This document shows positions 13,130 to 26,499 of a DNA stretch of 64,000 nt, in pieces (within the stretch, counting starts at the first letter, position 1; the number at the start of each line of letters is the position of its first letter). A model generated the notes under the pieces. That model was given only the letters and a program-made list of their open reading frames with translations. It had not been told where the DNA came from and did no database searches. A program made the translations under genes and the position numbers. Where the stretch lies: NCBI GenBank assembly GCA_050084515.1, contig CM114271.1, positions 46,996,001 through 47,060,000 on the forward strand. The letters run 5' to 3'. This DNA comes from Blasia pusilla. Lineage: Eukaryota.

Positions 13130-14300
13130 AATCCACAACATGAACCCCAACTTTATTCTTCTTCATTTTTTGACCCTCCTCTTCATCAAACATTCCATGA
13201 ATCATGAAAATTTATCACAACATGCATTTGAGTGTCATGATCCCACGAGAAAAGGAAAATCTCCAAATGCCCACCATGGAAGGAATGAAAAATACAAAAC
13301 CGTAAATGTGCTTAACCACTTTTAGATTGAACATGAAGTATGATATGGAAGATCCAAACCCTCCAAGTACCAAACATCCTTATCATGCCCATGTCCCTCC
13401 TATTCTAGTTCAATCCAACAGTGGTGACTCATGATGCTTCAGTACAAAGATCAAAATTCAAGAAGATTATGAACATTACTCGTAAATCACTCATATTCTT
13501 CTTTCTTCTTCATTTTTTGGCCCTAATCTTTACCAAAGAGTCCATGAACCATGAAAGTTTTTTAGAACATGCACTTTAGCCTCTGGATCCCAAGGGAAAA
13601 AAAGAACTCTCCAAATGACCACCCATAGAGGGAATACAAAATCCAAAACCGTAAATTTGGTCTCTCGTTTTAAAATGGAACATGAAATATGATATGGAAG
13701 ATCCACACCGTCCAAGAGCAAGAAGGCCTTTGCAACCCCATATCCATATGGTTTCAGCTCAATCCAACAGTAGGATCTTATGATGTTTCACTACAAATAT
13801 CAAAATCCAAATAAGACTTGGAACATTACTCGTGAATCCCTAATCTTCCGCTTTCTTCTTCATTTTTTGGCCTCCCTTTAATACAAAGTCCATAAATCAT
13901 GAAATTTTGTCACAACATGCATTTAAGTGTGAGGATCCTAGGGGAAAAAGAAGAAATCTCCAAATGACCACCCGTAGGGGGAATTAAAAATCCGAAGCCC
14001 TAAATGTGGTCTCCCATTTTTAAATTGAACATGTTATGGAAGATCCACACAATCCAAGAGCAATAGGGCCTTTGCAACTCCACGTCCCTATGGTTTCAGC
14101 TCAATCCAATGATGGGAACCATAAATATTTTCTCCTATTTTTAAATTGAAGATGAAGTATGCTATGGAAGATCCGCATCATCCAAGAGGAATAGGGCCTT
14201 TGTAACCCCACATTCCTTTGGTTTCAGCTCAATCTAACAGTGGGAACTCATGATGCTTCAGTACAAAGATCAAAATCCAAAAAAAACTTGCAACGTTACT
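13130..14300. repeat. Diverged tandem array, ~345-bp period (about 3 units plus a partial)
   Basis: Anchor TATGGAAGATCC at ~13344, 13693, 14035 and 14163. TTCTTCTTCATTTTT, TCTCCAAATG and TCAATCCAA blocks recur. Confidence 0.8.
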
Positions 14301-14479
14301 TCAAAATGTAAATTTGGCCATATATACATATGGATAGTTCGAGTTTTATTATCTTTGTGAAACAACGGTTCACAAGTGAAGCACTCTATTGTATGAATGC
14401 TCAAAACAAATGATATTCCAAAATCGATGAAAAACATTGCATAATTGGAGCATGAAATCATTAACACACATACGTTGTT

Positions 14480-14675
14480 GTTTATGACTTACAATTACTA
14501 GGCAAGTGCAACAAGTATGACTTATTATGACTAAAGGGTATTGCGAACTACTTGTGTTATAAGCAAATGACTAGGTAAGTAGCACAACCCTAAATTCAAT
14601 GACTAAACCATTTAAGTTATTATTTGGATGAGTCATTTAAAATTTAGTCATAAAAACAATACATTTCTTCTAGTG
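14480..14675. mobile_element. Probable CACTA transposon terminus with sub-terminal repeats
   Basis: Ends ACATTTCTTCTAGTG (reverse complement CACTAGAAGAAATGT), preceded by repeated ATGACTA/TAGTCAT motifs. Partner terminus not found. Confidence 0.45.
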
Positions 14676-14689
14676 AATCTCAACAAGTA

Positions 14690-16290
14690 ATCAATGACGC
14701 GACATTGCCTCACATATAACATTGGGTGCTGCCTTATACTCAACCTCTATTGAAGATAAAAAAAACTATAAGTTGCTTCTTAGAAGCTCAGCTTATATGT
14801 GTGCTTCCCGAAGTGAAGGAATAACTATAAGTAGAATATCTATTAATTAGACATGATTCCTATCCAATCAGCATATGTATATCTCTCCACTTATAAACTT
14901 AGAGAACCTTTAAATTTATGCCCAAACCGAACATAGAGTATCACATATTGCATAATCCTCCACACAACACCAATGTGAGGTTTGTGAAATGCTTGCATGA
15001 ATTGACTTATTAATCAAACTGCAAAGCTTAAGTCAAACCTAATTAAAGTTATACAAATCAAACTTCTAACCATGTGCTTGAACATATTGGAATTTGCAAG
15101 CAACTTTCCTTCATCCAATATTGTCTAACAACATAGATATTGGCTTACAAGTTGTTATACTATATTTTGAAAGCATATGAAGAGAATATTGTCATTATAA
15201 TAACCATATGTTGTGTCCAACCTTGATAAACTCAACACCAAGGAAGTAATTAAGTTCTCAAAATTCTTTCATATCAAATCTCTACCTATAACTTTAGCTC
15301 AATTTGTTGTACCATATCCTTAGAACTCACACTAATCAAGACGTTACCAACATATAATACAATGATAATTGTATGACCTTTTCTTCTGAAAATGTGTAGT
15401 GAGGAATCAAAACTATCGACCTTTATGTCAAACAAACTCTCGTAAGACATACATAATTTTGCCTTACTAAAATCTTGGAGCCTCGCTTGAATACATATCG
15501 AGCTTTCTTTAACATGCATATGCTTAATCCAAGTGGTTAAGCCGCGTATACTTCCTCGTGAAAATCTCCATTCAAGAAGATATATTTTAATATCCATGTG
15601 ATGTAGTCTTCATTTCTTATTCATTCTAATTGCAACTACTATTCTTGTAGTTGCCATCTTTGCAATGGGGCTAAATATCTTCTCATAGCCAATACCATAT
15701 TTTTTTTATAGCCTTAGATACCAAACTGGCTTTGTATTTGTTTATTGTACAATCTTGATTATATTTGACCTTGTAAACCCATCTAGATATATGATTAACA
15801 GTTTTCTTACCTTGAGGTATATTAACCAGCTCCTAACTCTATTCTTGTCTTAATGCAACAAGTTCTTCCTCCATATCTTCAATCTATCCGACCTTACATG
15901 CAACTTCATAAAAACAACTTGGTTTATGTTCTTCAAGGGCAATCATCACATATTCATAATGTATTGCAAGAAATCCTTCATTTATAAATTTATAAACAAG
16001 ATGTATAACTCCCATTGATCTACAAAGTTGTTGTTTAGAGGTATTATCCTCTAACATCTAACTTGAGCTCTGACTAGTATCAACAAATTGAACATGTATT
16101 CTTTCCGACCATGAATTGAAAAGTCCATGATCTTTTGTGACCTTGCACTAGTACTTGGAAATTTTGTAGGTACTGTCTATAGATTTATAGTCATTTTCTC
16201 AATCTCAATAGACATGATCATAAGTGGAATGAATTCAAATGGAGCATACAATGACTTCAACTTATAAAAAACAACATTGCAACAAATAAT
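14690..16290 (-). mobile_element. Decayed Ty1/Copia pol (end of integrase, RT, start of RNase H)
   Basis: Minus-strand fragments KYKASLVSK, YEKIFSPIAKMATTR, HHMDIK, VLYVGNVLI (YVDD equivalent) and LNYFLGVEF. Similar to 49621-50922. Confidence 0.85.
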
Positions 16291-19004
16291 ACACTAGAAA
16301 GATGTTTGTGCGATGCACGAAAAATAAAGAAGGATTTGAAGAGCTTTTGTTAGTGTATAGCCCGTGAAGGGAAGGGATTAATGATAATTAATGTATACAA
16401 ATTCAAACTTTTTTTCTTGCTGCCTAGTTGCCACATGTCAAACATAGAGGTGTTTGCAAATCAAGAAGGCAAGATGATATACTGCAAAACTATTAATTAT
16501 ACTTGATAATAAAACTGAAATAAAAAGATAAGTAATAACAAAAAATCTATTTACTTTCCAAAACTTAAATGGAGAGAGGGAAAGAATAGGAGACTAGAGG
16601 AGGAATAGGAAGGAAAAAAATCAAGCCTAAATGGAGAAGAGGAATTAGTATTAGAAGGGGATTTCTTCTATTTTTCTTAAGGTGAAAAGAATTTAGAAAG
16701 AAGGGAATTAGTTTAAAATATAATAAATAAAAAACTTAGGTTCGGTACCCCAAACATGCCTAGGTTCTATACCCTGAACATGCCTAGGTTTGGTAGCAAG
16801 GCAGGTTCGGGCTATCAAACCTATTCACCCAACCCCTCCCGCCGCCTTCAAAAATCAAACGGCTCTCCTCGCTCAACCTAGATCTACTAGTCCATATTTG
16901 CTTCAAACGTGGATGTTACATATGGCATCCGACGGCTCCCATCAACTGCCACTCTCCCACATTTCCCCCTTCCCCTTTCTCCCCTACCCCCTCCCCTCAC
17001 TCCAAAGGAGTCCATTTTTTACCCTTCACACTTTGCGTCCCGTCCCTATCGGCTCTTCACAGATCGACCCTTCACACTTTGTGTCCCACCCCAGTTCGCA
17101 GCCTTGTTGAGATTGTCCCGCCCCTGATCGGCTCTTGGTCATTCTTTCTTGGCTCTTCTCAAGTTCTCGTGGTGCTCGACTCTTCTCAGATGCTTGATCA
17201 TGTTGTGCGGCTCTTGCTTGGCTGCTCGTGATGCTCAACCCTTGGCTCAGATGTTTGTGTTGCAGTCATATCGTTGTCCTTGTGTGTATGGAGCTCCTCA
17301 CTTGAGAGGAGCTCTGCGCACTCAAGAGTTTCTTTTCCCTCTTGTTTCAGTCACTCTTTTCCCGAACGTGATGTCATGCTGATTTTCGCCGCACCCGTCT
17401 TCCTTTACTCTATGCAAATGGCACTTTTGATGTCGTTGTGCGCACCAAGAGCCTCTCTCCTATCCCCTCTCCTCTGTGGGCTTCCTGATGCACTCCCGAT
17501 ATGGAGGTGGTTTAGACTCCTAGATCTCAAAGTTTGAGACGGTGTTGGCAGGCTGGAAGATTTGCTTCCACGTGTGGTTTTTGGGAGTTACTATTTTGCG
17601 CTCGTGTTTGGAGGTTGGTTGCAAGTCCAATCCGGCTCATGTTTGCACGAAGGGCTTCCTTCTCACCTGAACATGCTCACCCGCAAATTTTCCCGCACCC
17701 TCTACGTTGCTACCTCTCCTTCGTGGGCTTCATGCGCGGATCTTTCTTGCAAGAAAAAATCAACCATAGTGGGTTACTGCCATTGCACGAACCAAGAGAG
17801 TACCTTCGACGTGGGCTTTGAGCCTCGGCGCATCGGCTTCTTGCGGGTAGGGAGGGGAGGGAAGAATATTGGCATGTCTTTTTAGTATCAAAAGTTGTAG
17901 TGGGCCTTAGAGTGGCAAGCGGGATTGGGCTTGAGGGTTGTTACATCTGCGTGCGCAAGTAGGGTAAAAGTCTAGAGAACTCAAGTTGAGTACTCTGAGA
18001 CAGAGAAGGCTGAGTGTAACACATTTCATCTTACACCATGTATCCACAAGTAGCTTTCATTCTCAAGTAAGTTTTACATGTCTGTAGATTGCTATGCTAC
18101 TCCGGATCTGCAGAGTTGGGTCTTCCTAGCTACCAAGTCAGAGCACAATTTGGATATTCACTACAACACCTTTCCCCTTTTCCCCTTTCTGAGGCAACTT
18201 CTTTGTCGCCTTGTGATATGATTTGGGTGTAGTAGGCACATGAAGATCGACCGAGCATCTCTCGTGAAATGGTGAGCTACGCTCTTGTGGGTTGGGGTGT
18301 GGTAGTTTATGTCATTTCTTCGCAGATTGTCCCTCGATGGCGCATCCCTTTTTGTTGCTAGGCCTCCTAAGATTATAAGGGGGAGTCCCTTGGACTTCGA
18401 ACAGGACCTCATTTCTAGAGCCTCCCATAGGATTTGGAAAATACCCTTTGTCTGAAAACATAGGCTGTTCTCTCGTTGGTAGGGAGTCTTTTATTGCATC
18501 TTCGAAGCCGGGAGCGTGCTTGGGTATAAGTCTCTCACCCCAAGGAGGAGTATTGCGGAGGTGGGATTTCTTCCACTTACTCAAATGCTTACAATCCTCT
18601 TGGGAAATTGGAGACCATTTGGAGATCTCCAACGCTTGGAGATCAGCCGACTTTACATTGTAGTGCCTTTTTTATTATGTGATATTGGATACACTTTTTC
18701 CCTTCCCTTGTGTCGATTTCTCTGTTGTGATCCTCGTTGCCATTATATCTCGTTATATTATGTTGGCGAGTATGCTTGCAAGGTTGAGTAGGTATTTTTT
18801 GGCGCAAAAGGAAGGGACGGGAGTAGTTCGCGGCCTATCGAGCACAAGGTGAAGTCGAACCTAAAGGAGCACTTAAAGCTAGTTGGCGTTGTTGCAAATT
18901 GGAGTTAATAGGATTTTTGTGGACTAGAGTTTTTGAACCCGAGCGTTATTCAAAGATTTGTCGAGTACCTGCATTACAACAGGCAGATCGACCCGTTGAG
19001 TAGA

Positions 19005-19372
19005 TGTCATGACCATACGGATTATGTCGTAGAGTATGGTGTGCTGGTAGAGGCCATTCCTTATGTAGGACCGTAGTGGCTTGGTAGAGATGTGGTTCCA
19101 TACATAGGGTTGGGGGTTACTCACTTGGGGGTGACTTTCCTAGTAGGGCCCGCTCTTAGGTTGGAGGATATAAGGTGGCTTGCCCTCAAAGAACAATCAG
19201 TTCTTTGAGTTGAGCCTGTTGCGTTGGGAGTTAGCCTTGGTAGTGAGTAGAGCTCTTGGCTATGGTGTTTCCCGCAAGCTTCGACCTGGATTCTCCCATC
19301 GTGGAGTGGGTTTGGCTCGATTGTATGTGATTGTAAACGTGTTTTATGACAGTAGGTCTTTCACGGATTTCA
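19005..19372 (+). repeat. Repeat A1 (368 bp)
   Basis: Direct repeat of 28162-28529 with 3 substitutions by manual comparison. Confidence 0.95.
19169..19210 (+). promoter_or_regulatory. TATA box and predicted transcript 5' end within A
   Basis: TATAA at 19169-19173. CAGTTCTTTGAGT starts 29 nt later and is followed by TTGAGCC. The same spacing is seen at 9797/9828 and 29849/29878. Confidence 0.6.
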
Positions 19373-19384
19373 CTCAAAGAACTG
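19372..19384 (+). other. Putative self-priming primer-binding site
   Basis: ACTCAAAGAACTG directly after A1 is the exact reverse complement of 19198-19210. There is no TGG-starting tRNA PBS at this position. Confidence 0.75.
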
Positions 19385-20616
19385 GAGTAGATCGATGGTA
19401 GCTTCGATTGTAGATCAGTAGGATCTGGTCAGGGCTGATTGTGTACTCAGCCGTGGATGTTCGTGGCTTGTGGCCTATGTTGGAGGTGTGAATCTGGTGC
19501 GTAGTTGATTGAGAAAGAAGCGCCTTGCTGAGAGCTTTCCAACGCGCTGTAGATCGCCGGATTTCGTCAAGGGAGTTGGAAGTTATCAAGCATTGAAGAT
19601 TCTGGTTGTGTTCGACAGTTTTCTGATGTGGAGAGCTTGGAGTGCGGAAGCTCTGTTGAAGTTCATCCAGATCGGGTGAGAGGTTCCTATTGCTACTTGT
19701 ATTGTGATCTCATGTGAAGCTATCTGCTCGAGTGTGTGGAGCGTTGCGGATTTTTGCGTGCATGAAACTTGGCGGAAGCGCTGTCGGATTTGCGGTTCTA
19801 GAGGTGTATGGACAACAAGTTTGTCTGATTTTTAGCTCGGAGTACGGAGCTCAAAACCCTAAAGCGTTTTGAGGCTTCGAGGCAACTCGTGGTAGCTCGG
19901 GGCGAGTGGGCGTGAGAGGCGGAGTAAGGAGCAAGGAGCAAGCAAGCAAGCAAGCTTGCTTGCTTGGGCGTGAGGCAATTTTTGCAGGATTTGGGATTTG
20001 AGTTTTGCATAACTGGTCACCCATCTTTGGGCTATTCTGCCTGGAGGACGCTTAATTGCCGAGTTCTTAACTATGCCTTGCATGCATTGTTGTAGCTCAT
20101 TTGGTGTTGTTCGGAGATGTGTTAGGCGCTTTATGCATCTCAGGTTTTGGTTGATGTACCTCTAGCGCATAGTACGGTGTAGCCTCTCCATGCGGTGATA
20201 TTTTCAGGGTCTTTGCTGGCGTTCGACTAGCACGTCATCGACTGCGGCGGAGTAGCTAGCTATTTGCGTTAGAATTGTGTGGTGGGTTTTGTGGATTCAG
20301 AGGGCACCACGTTTGGTGGATTGTGTTACCTTGATTTCCATTTGCGATTGGAGGGTTGTCGTTGGATTTCTGTGTTTGGATCCCCTCCATCGTGCTTTTG
20401 CTTGCTTGGCGCCCATTGTTAGGGTTGACGCTGATTTCCAGAGTAGTGTTACTCCTGTGTGCTACCGGTAGTGAGGCTGGAGGGATGACGAGTAGATTGT
20501 GGGAGACTTCTTGTGGTGATGACAAGTTAGGTTGCCTACACCCATAGCTAGTAGAGCTAGAATAGTATAGCGACATCGACGTCACTTGGTAATTTGGTGG
20601 TGGTGCGGCATCGGCG

Positions 20617-22100
20617 TTGGTCATCACGGAGTCTGCCGGGTGGTCGGTTGGGGACCGTGGTGCGGACAGTGGTGGTTTCACACGGAGTGGATTTAGGTAT
20701 CGGCTACATTTTCCACTTCCGACGATTGATGAAGAGGAGGACGAGGGTGTTCCAAACACCGAGTCTTCTACGTTGTTATCGAGTGTTGCAGCTCCATTGA
20801 TTTGGGACATGGACGGTGGATATGGGGCCATGAAGGGCCCACGACGATACTCGGGTGCAGTGGGTACCATTGAGTTGGAGGACTTCATGCAGGAGTTTGA
20901 TACGTGGTGTGATATGCAGATGTTGCGGAACGCCACGTTGTTTACACCCTTCTTGGCTTGGAAGGGGTTGTTTCAGCACTTGGAAGGACCACCCATGGAT
21001 GATTACCATGAGTTTAGGAAGGACCATGTTGCTGAGATTGAGGCATGGAGACAATATTGGTCTCCAGGCTATGTGTCTATCACCCATGGTGGTATTGGTA
21101 GTAGTGCTCCTACTATGCCAGCCAGCCCGACGCTAAGTGGTACGAGTACGAGCCGAAGTGGGGGTACCAGTGGAGGTACTAGTGGGGGTACTAGTGGAGG
21201 TACTAGTGCCCCACCATCGTTTAGCCTGGTTTCAGAGTTCTTCAAGAGGTTGAAGAAGAACTATCAAGGAGTGAAGACGGAGAAGTTGAGGAATCTTCAG
21301 GACTTTGAGCGAAAGACTGGTGAGAGTCTTCGTGAGGCATACACGCGTATCGACGCTTGATTTCAGATTACCAGGGTGTGCGAGGATCGAGCGATCCGAT
21401 TTTGGTATGGGATCTTGGACAGAGATTTGCGCCGTAGGGTACGTGATGCTACTCTTATGAGTGATGATTCACCCACATTGACCCATGTGTTTGCTCTATC
21501 TGAGAAGATTGAGCTTAACATGGTGAAGGAGAGAGTGGTGACATCCGCATTCAGTAGGGATACAACTACTACTTCTCGTGTTCAGCCGCCCACCTCATAG
21601 TCTCGTAGTAGTGGTGGTGGTAGTAGTAGTGGGAGTCGTGGGGGGTACACGCGACCTCAGTCAAGTCCTAGAGGGACATTTGTGCAGAGACCATTGCCTT
21701 CATTTGCTGCCCCGCAGCAAGGACAGTCATGTTGGACATGTGGAGGTGATCATGTTAGGAAGTTTTGTCCCCAAGAGGATGGGAGACGGACTTTGGAGGA
21801 TGGGCCTCAGTCGGCCCTAACTCAGTGTGATCATTGCGGGAGACTAGATCATCCTCGAGAGCGTTGCTTTGATCTTCATCCAGAGTTGAGATCAGGCCGT
21901 GGCCGTGGTGGAGTAGCTCCGAGAGGCCGAGGTGGTAGAGGTGGTAGGGGTGGTAGAGGTGGACCGGTGGTTGGAGAGCCCACGGTGGCTACCCTACCTA
22001 CCTACGACGCAGTCGCCTATGGTCGCCAGATTGAGCAGATTGGAGCGAGTGGTTGGCTACTATGGTGGTATCCAAAGATAGATCAGGTTCGGGAGCAGGG
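20617..22100 (+). pseudogene. gag-like region, frameshifted
   Basis: ORFs 20617-21360, 21376-21600 and 21682+ carry a Gag-like FERKTGESLREAY motif, two zinc knuckles (CWTCGGDHVRKFC, CDHCGRLDHPRERC) and an RGG tract. Homologous to ORF 56705-58342. Start codon uncertain. Confidence 0.85.
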
Positions 22101-22649
22101 GCTTCCACCTCTTATGGAGGGGATGATCTCTCTTATATGGCGAGAAAAGACAAACGAGTTGAGGCATCACCGCAGCGATTCTGAGAGGAGCCACTCGAGC
22201 GTCGAGCCACGTGGTGCTCTTGTGGAGTTGGACCCGAGGGATGAGGCGGGGGAGGCGAGGCTAGGCTTCCCAGTCATTCTTGTTGTCCGAGGTGCTTACG
22301 ACTCCATCCATGGTTCCTACGTTGACCTATTGAGCGGCGGTGGGGATCGAGGTATCTACATCGCGTGTAGTAGACACGGATGCAACATCCAATGCAAGAT
22401 TGCGGATGGAAACTTCGGTGTTGGGATCCCCATTGTTTTGCCACGGAGTCGATGGCTTTAGGAGTTGACTTAGCTCTTGTATTTGATTAGCGACCACGTT
22501 ATGTGAACGTGGGGGTATTATGCTACACGTGTTGAGGTGGATGAGGGTGTTGCGGTGAGCGACCCTCTATGTCGGAGTAGCATTGAGTACCGGTGCTACT
22601 TGGCGGCAAAGGCGTCAAAGATGGATGCATTACCCCCCGCCAGCCATTG

Positions 22650-23110
22650 ATCGTGAGAGGCTTACACTGGTGTATGTATGTTGGACAACCGGAGTGGGAT
22701 CTTCCGATTGGTGAGTCCTACAAGACAAGTGTATGGACAGATAGAGTCTTGTTAGACTCGGTGCCCAACCTTGATGTTGGGAAAGGCGGCATGTATTGGT
22801 TTGGGTATTCGGAGGTCGAGCTTGAGCCTTGCCCATTCCGATTCAAACATCACTTGGAGGAGCCAATGATAGGTCTCAATTCATGACACGGGAAAAGTTT
22901 TTATGAGTTGAGACCGGATCATGCGATCGATAGCTCCCGGTTGGGAGTATCTGCGGTAGTCACATCACCGAGTCGTATGATGTACTAGTTGGAGGAGCGA
23001 TTGTACCCGATGGGTTTTCAGATGGATTCTTGGATGAGACAACGTCTTCTGAGACCTGGTTGGCAGTCCGGGATGGACGTATGAGCCAAGTTCTGTGAGA
23101 TTTATTTATG
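22650..23110 (+). pseudogene. Retropepsin-like aspartic protease, frameshifted
   Basis: RVLLDS(GA) at ~22743-22765, ELEPCPFR and ESYDVLVGG, matching the protease region of ORF 55475-56641. Confidence 0.75.
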
Positions 23111-23459
23111 GGGCTCGACCAGGAGGGTCTTCCCCAATGAGTGTTAGCATCTCGTGGGTGGTTTTAGTGGAGTAGTCACTTGGCTAGGAGACTTTTGGAG
23201 GGTAATGTTTCGCTATGGATTCTCCTGCGCATGAGGAGGTAGAGGAGGTCCCTATTTTTGCAGCAAAGTGGCATCCTCATCGTTGGATGTGCCACTTTGG
23301 AGTTCAGCGGTGCACTACGGCAAGAGGTTGATCGCCTAGTGCAGGAGGCTTGGTGTGAGGTGTTATACCTCACGAGGAAGAGGAGGCCCACGGCGGACTC
23401 CTACTTCGGTCCATTAGGTTATCCCTTTGGATACTACACCCATTGTATGGGCAAGTATC

Positions 23460-24410
23460 CGGAGGGTATTTGTGTGTTAGATCTCTTTGGTGGGATTAGC
23501 ACTGGTTTGGCTGCGATGTTGCAGGCCGGTATTCTGTCTTGGAGATACGTGTATGTGGAGCGAGATGAGACGGCCCATAGAGTCTCATCTCGACATATTG
23601 GTCGATTGATGTGAAGATACCATGAGTTGTTTCCGCCATCACTATTCGTGGGTACCGGCGTGCTTTACCATCACACATTGCATTGTTGAGGCGCGCAGGA
23701 CCTTGAGAGGGTTGGTCCTGTGGATTTGGTGATTCTTTGGATGGCCATGTCGAGGGTCATACACGTCTTTGGTCGTGGTGAGGGATTACATGACCCTAGG
23801 TCTCGATTGTTTTGGGAGATGTTACGGGTGTTACGACATCTTCAGTTCATCGCACGTGCTCTAGCTTACATTCGGAGAATGTTCCATTGTTGGATGACAC
23901 TCGGACCCGGATGATGGCGAGTGTTCATGAGGTGCGGTCTTGGATTGGACCAAGCGGTGTTGTTGGATGTTGAGTTGGCTCGCGTGCACATCGCCCACGC
24001 TTGTGGTGGACAAACTTGTTGCCTAGGGAGGTTCTACGTCGAGCATATGATGCGGTCTGGCGGGATCCTCGCCTTACAATGGATAGTATCTTGAATCTTG
24101 GCGACTTTCTCAAGTGGTGAGGGTTATTGATCGGTCACCCATGGTAGTGGTGAACCGTGTGGGCGACCTAGGATGGCACTACCCACATTTGTGAGTTTTC
24201 GCGTCACATGCCCACGGGGAAGGTGGTCCCGGGCTTGTATGGGATTCTCATGTGCGGCGGTTGGTGGAGCCTAACGCTGATGAGAGAGAGCGTGCGATGG
24301 GATTTACTCTTGGCGTGGCGGCGGTTGCTTCTATTTTTGAGGCTTCACGACGTCATGTGTTGGGTCAGGCCATGGACTGAATTGTTTGACTTGGATTTTG
24401 AGTCTTGGTA
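23460..24410 (+). pseudogene. C5 cytosine DNA methyltransferase domain (DNMT3-like) inside pol, frameshifted
   Basis: Motifs in canonical order: VLDLFGGISTG (23474-), YVYVERD, WPC (23742-23750), ENV (23875-23883), SRAHRPRLWWTN (23980-24015), ERERAMGF (~24285). Confidence 0.9.
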
Positions 24411-24779
24411 TGACCGAAGCGTCGACTTCGGGACTATGTCGTGGGTCTTCCATCCCTTGTAATGAGCTCGATGGCTCCGGACGGTAGAGGCATCGGTAGA
24501 GGCAGGAGAGTAGTATTTTGCATCCTTGGAGTAAATGGGATGTAATGGTGGGCATGTGGAGTTGGTTGCTCATCTTTGGTGGAGGAGTTATTTGCTCGGA
24601 TGATGGTGTAGCTAAGGGTGTACCATCTTGTGAGGGGGTTGCGTAGCGACCAATGGCATAAATCCTCTCCCTCTAGTATGCCGGTGGAGGAGACTTGGGA
24701 GCCATTACTTGGGCCCAAGCTTACGGGAGGTGAGAAACGACGCTGACCACGGTTCCTACGTGCTTATAGGAGTTGTTTT

Positions 24780-26130
24780 GCCTTTAGCATGAAGGAGTTG
24801 GGTTCTCTGGTTGGACCGGTATACATGGATTGATTTGGCTAGTGATACGCCAATCTTCCGTCGTCCCTATCGATATAGTGATATGGAGAGGACTTGATTG
24901 AGTAGGACGTTGGACCTTTTGGAGGTGGATTAGTGGAGTTGTCGCATGGAGAGTATGCATAAGCCTTTGTCATGCTCGCTAAAAAGGATATGCATGGCAA
25001 CTACGGATAGGCGGATGTGTGGAGATTACCGTCCTATCAATCGGCAAACCAAGGCCGATAGGTATGCCATGCCTACACTGAGGAGATCTTTGATGTGGTG
25101 GGACATGCAAAGATTTTCAGTATTTTGATCTTCGAGCAAGATACCATCAATTGCCGATTCGGGAGAGTGACAAGGCCAAGAGAGCATTTTGGGGTGTCAA
25201 CTCTCATGGCAAGGATTGTTTGTACCGGTGGAAATTCTTACCCTTTGGGTTGAAGAATGCACTGCCGAGTTTCAAAGAGTGATGGATAGGATCCTAGCAG
25301 GGTTGGATTTTGTTCGGTGTTACATTGATGATATCTTGGTGTTCAGTAACACGGTGGAGGAGCATCAGATACATTTGCAGATGGTGTTTGAGCGGTTGAA
25401 AGCTCATGGTCTACGTTTGGATCCAGGAAAGTGTAAGTTCTTCCATGAGGATGTTGAGTACTTGGGTCATGTGATCTATCCAGGTGGTTTGGGAGTTCAG
25501 CAAGCAAAGGTGGAGGCTATTGCACTTGTTCCGCGTCCGGTAGATGTGAGTAGAGTTCGAGCATTCATGGGATTGGCGAACTATTATCGGAGGTATGTGA
25601 AGGGATTTAGTGCTATGGCAAAGCCTTTGAACCAATTGCTGAAATCAGATCAAGAGTGGCACCGGGAGATGATCAGAGAGAGCTTTTGTGGAGCTTAAGG
25701 CCCAATTGGTGGTGGCGCCTATCTTGAGGAGACCTATCGAGGGCGCCCATTCGATTACACACCGATTGGAGTAGGTGGGACTTGGAGCGGTGTTGACACA
25801 ACATGATGATGAGCACATGGAGTTTGTGGTGGCCTATGCAAGTCGTTCGAATAATGCAATGGAGGCGCGCTATAGTTCATATGAGGGAGAGTGCTTGGCA
25901 AGAGTGTGGGGTGGGCACACTTTAGGTGTTACTTGTTTGGCACCCGGTTTACCCTTATTCGATCACCAACCGCTCAAGTGGTTGATGGAGTCGGACAAGC
26001 TTACTAAGAAGGTTTGCACGGTGGGCTCTTATCTTACAGGAGTATGACTTCCAGGTGGTACATAGACCTGGAGTTGCCAACCTTGATGCTGATGGGTTGA
26101 GTAGGAACCCATGTACTAGCCAAGAGGATA
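24780..26130 (+). pseudogene. Gypsy-type reverse transcriptase and RNase H, frameshifted
   Basis: RMCGDYRPIN, LPFGLKN, CYIDDILVFS, YLGHVI, FMGLANYYRRYV, GLGAVLTQ, VVAYASR, DHQPLKWL, DADGLSR. Confidence 0.93.
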
Positions 26131-26499
26131 CAACAGGGGCTAGATGGCATGGCGAGGTTGATGAGGAGATGGTGCCAGGTTGGCATGCATCCGCCTTTTT
26201 ATGTTGGTTAGGTGGACTCTAGTATGGAGGACCACATGATATCTTACTCTAGTCGAGGGTAGATGGCCACCTTGAGATCCTAAGGTTGGAGATGGTGGTA
26301 CGGATCAGCGTGATATTCATGATGATGCGTTGGTGTTGGAGTTCCTACGGACCGGTAGGGTGCCAGGCATAGTGAGTGCCAAGGAGCGAGACCGTGTTCT
26401 TCAACGTGCTAAGAGGTATCGATTGGAGGGAACACATATTCTCGCGTGTGGGAGGATGGTAGAGTATGAGTAGTGCCACATTTGGCTCGAGAGAGCGCG

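Noticed and set aside
13130-14300. CRISPR-like array
   Set aside because: Units are long, diverged tandem repeats without unique spacers, the context is eukaryotic, and there are no cas genes.
17883-17895. TAGTATCAAAAG resembling a tRNA-Met PBS (TGGTATCAGAG)
   Set aside because: It has mismatches, no preceding CA-ended LTR was found, and no recognisable gag follows. Region 17000-19000 remains unassigned.
19385-20600. Tyrosine recombinase gene expected for a DIRS/PAT/Ngaro element
   Set aside because: I saw no R...HxxR...Y pattern in the ORFs here or in 58400-59960. The element has a DDE integrase, TG..CA ends and a TSD. An HMM search is still needed.
20256-20936. Antisense ORFs over gag-pol (also 56058-56654, 55569-55958, 54024-54515)
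   Set aside because: Shadow frames of GC-rich coding sequence with no recognisable motifs.
21157-21207. 12-bp tandem repeat encoding (SGGT)4 in gag
   Set aside because: Ordinary low-complexity linker variation.
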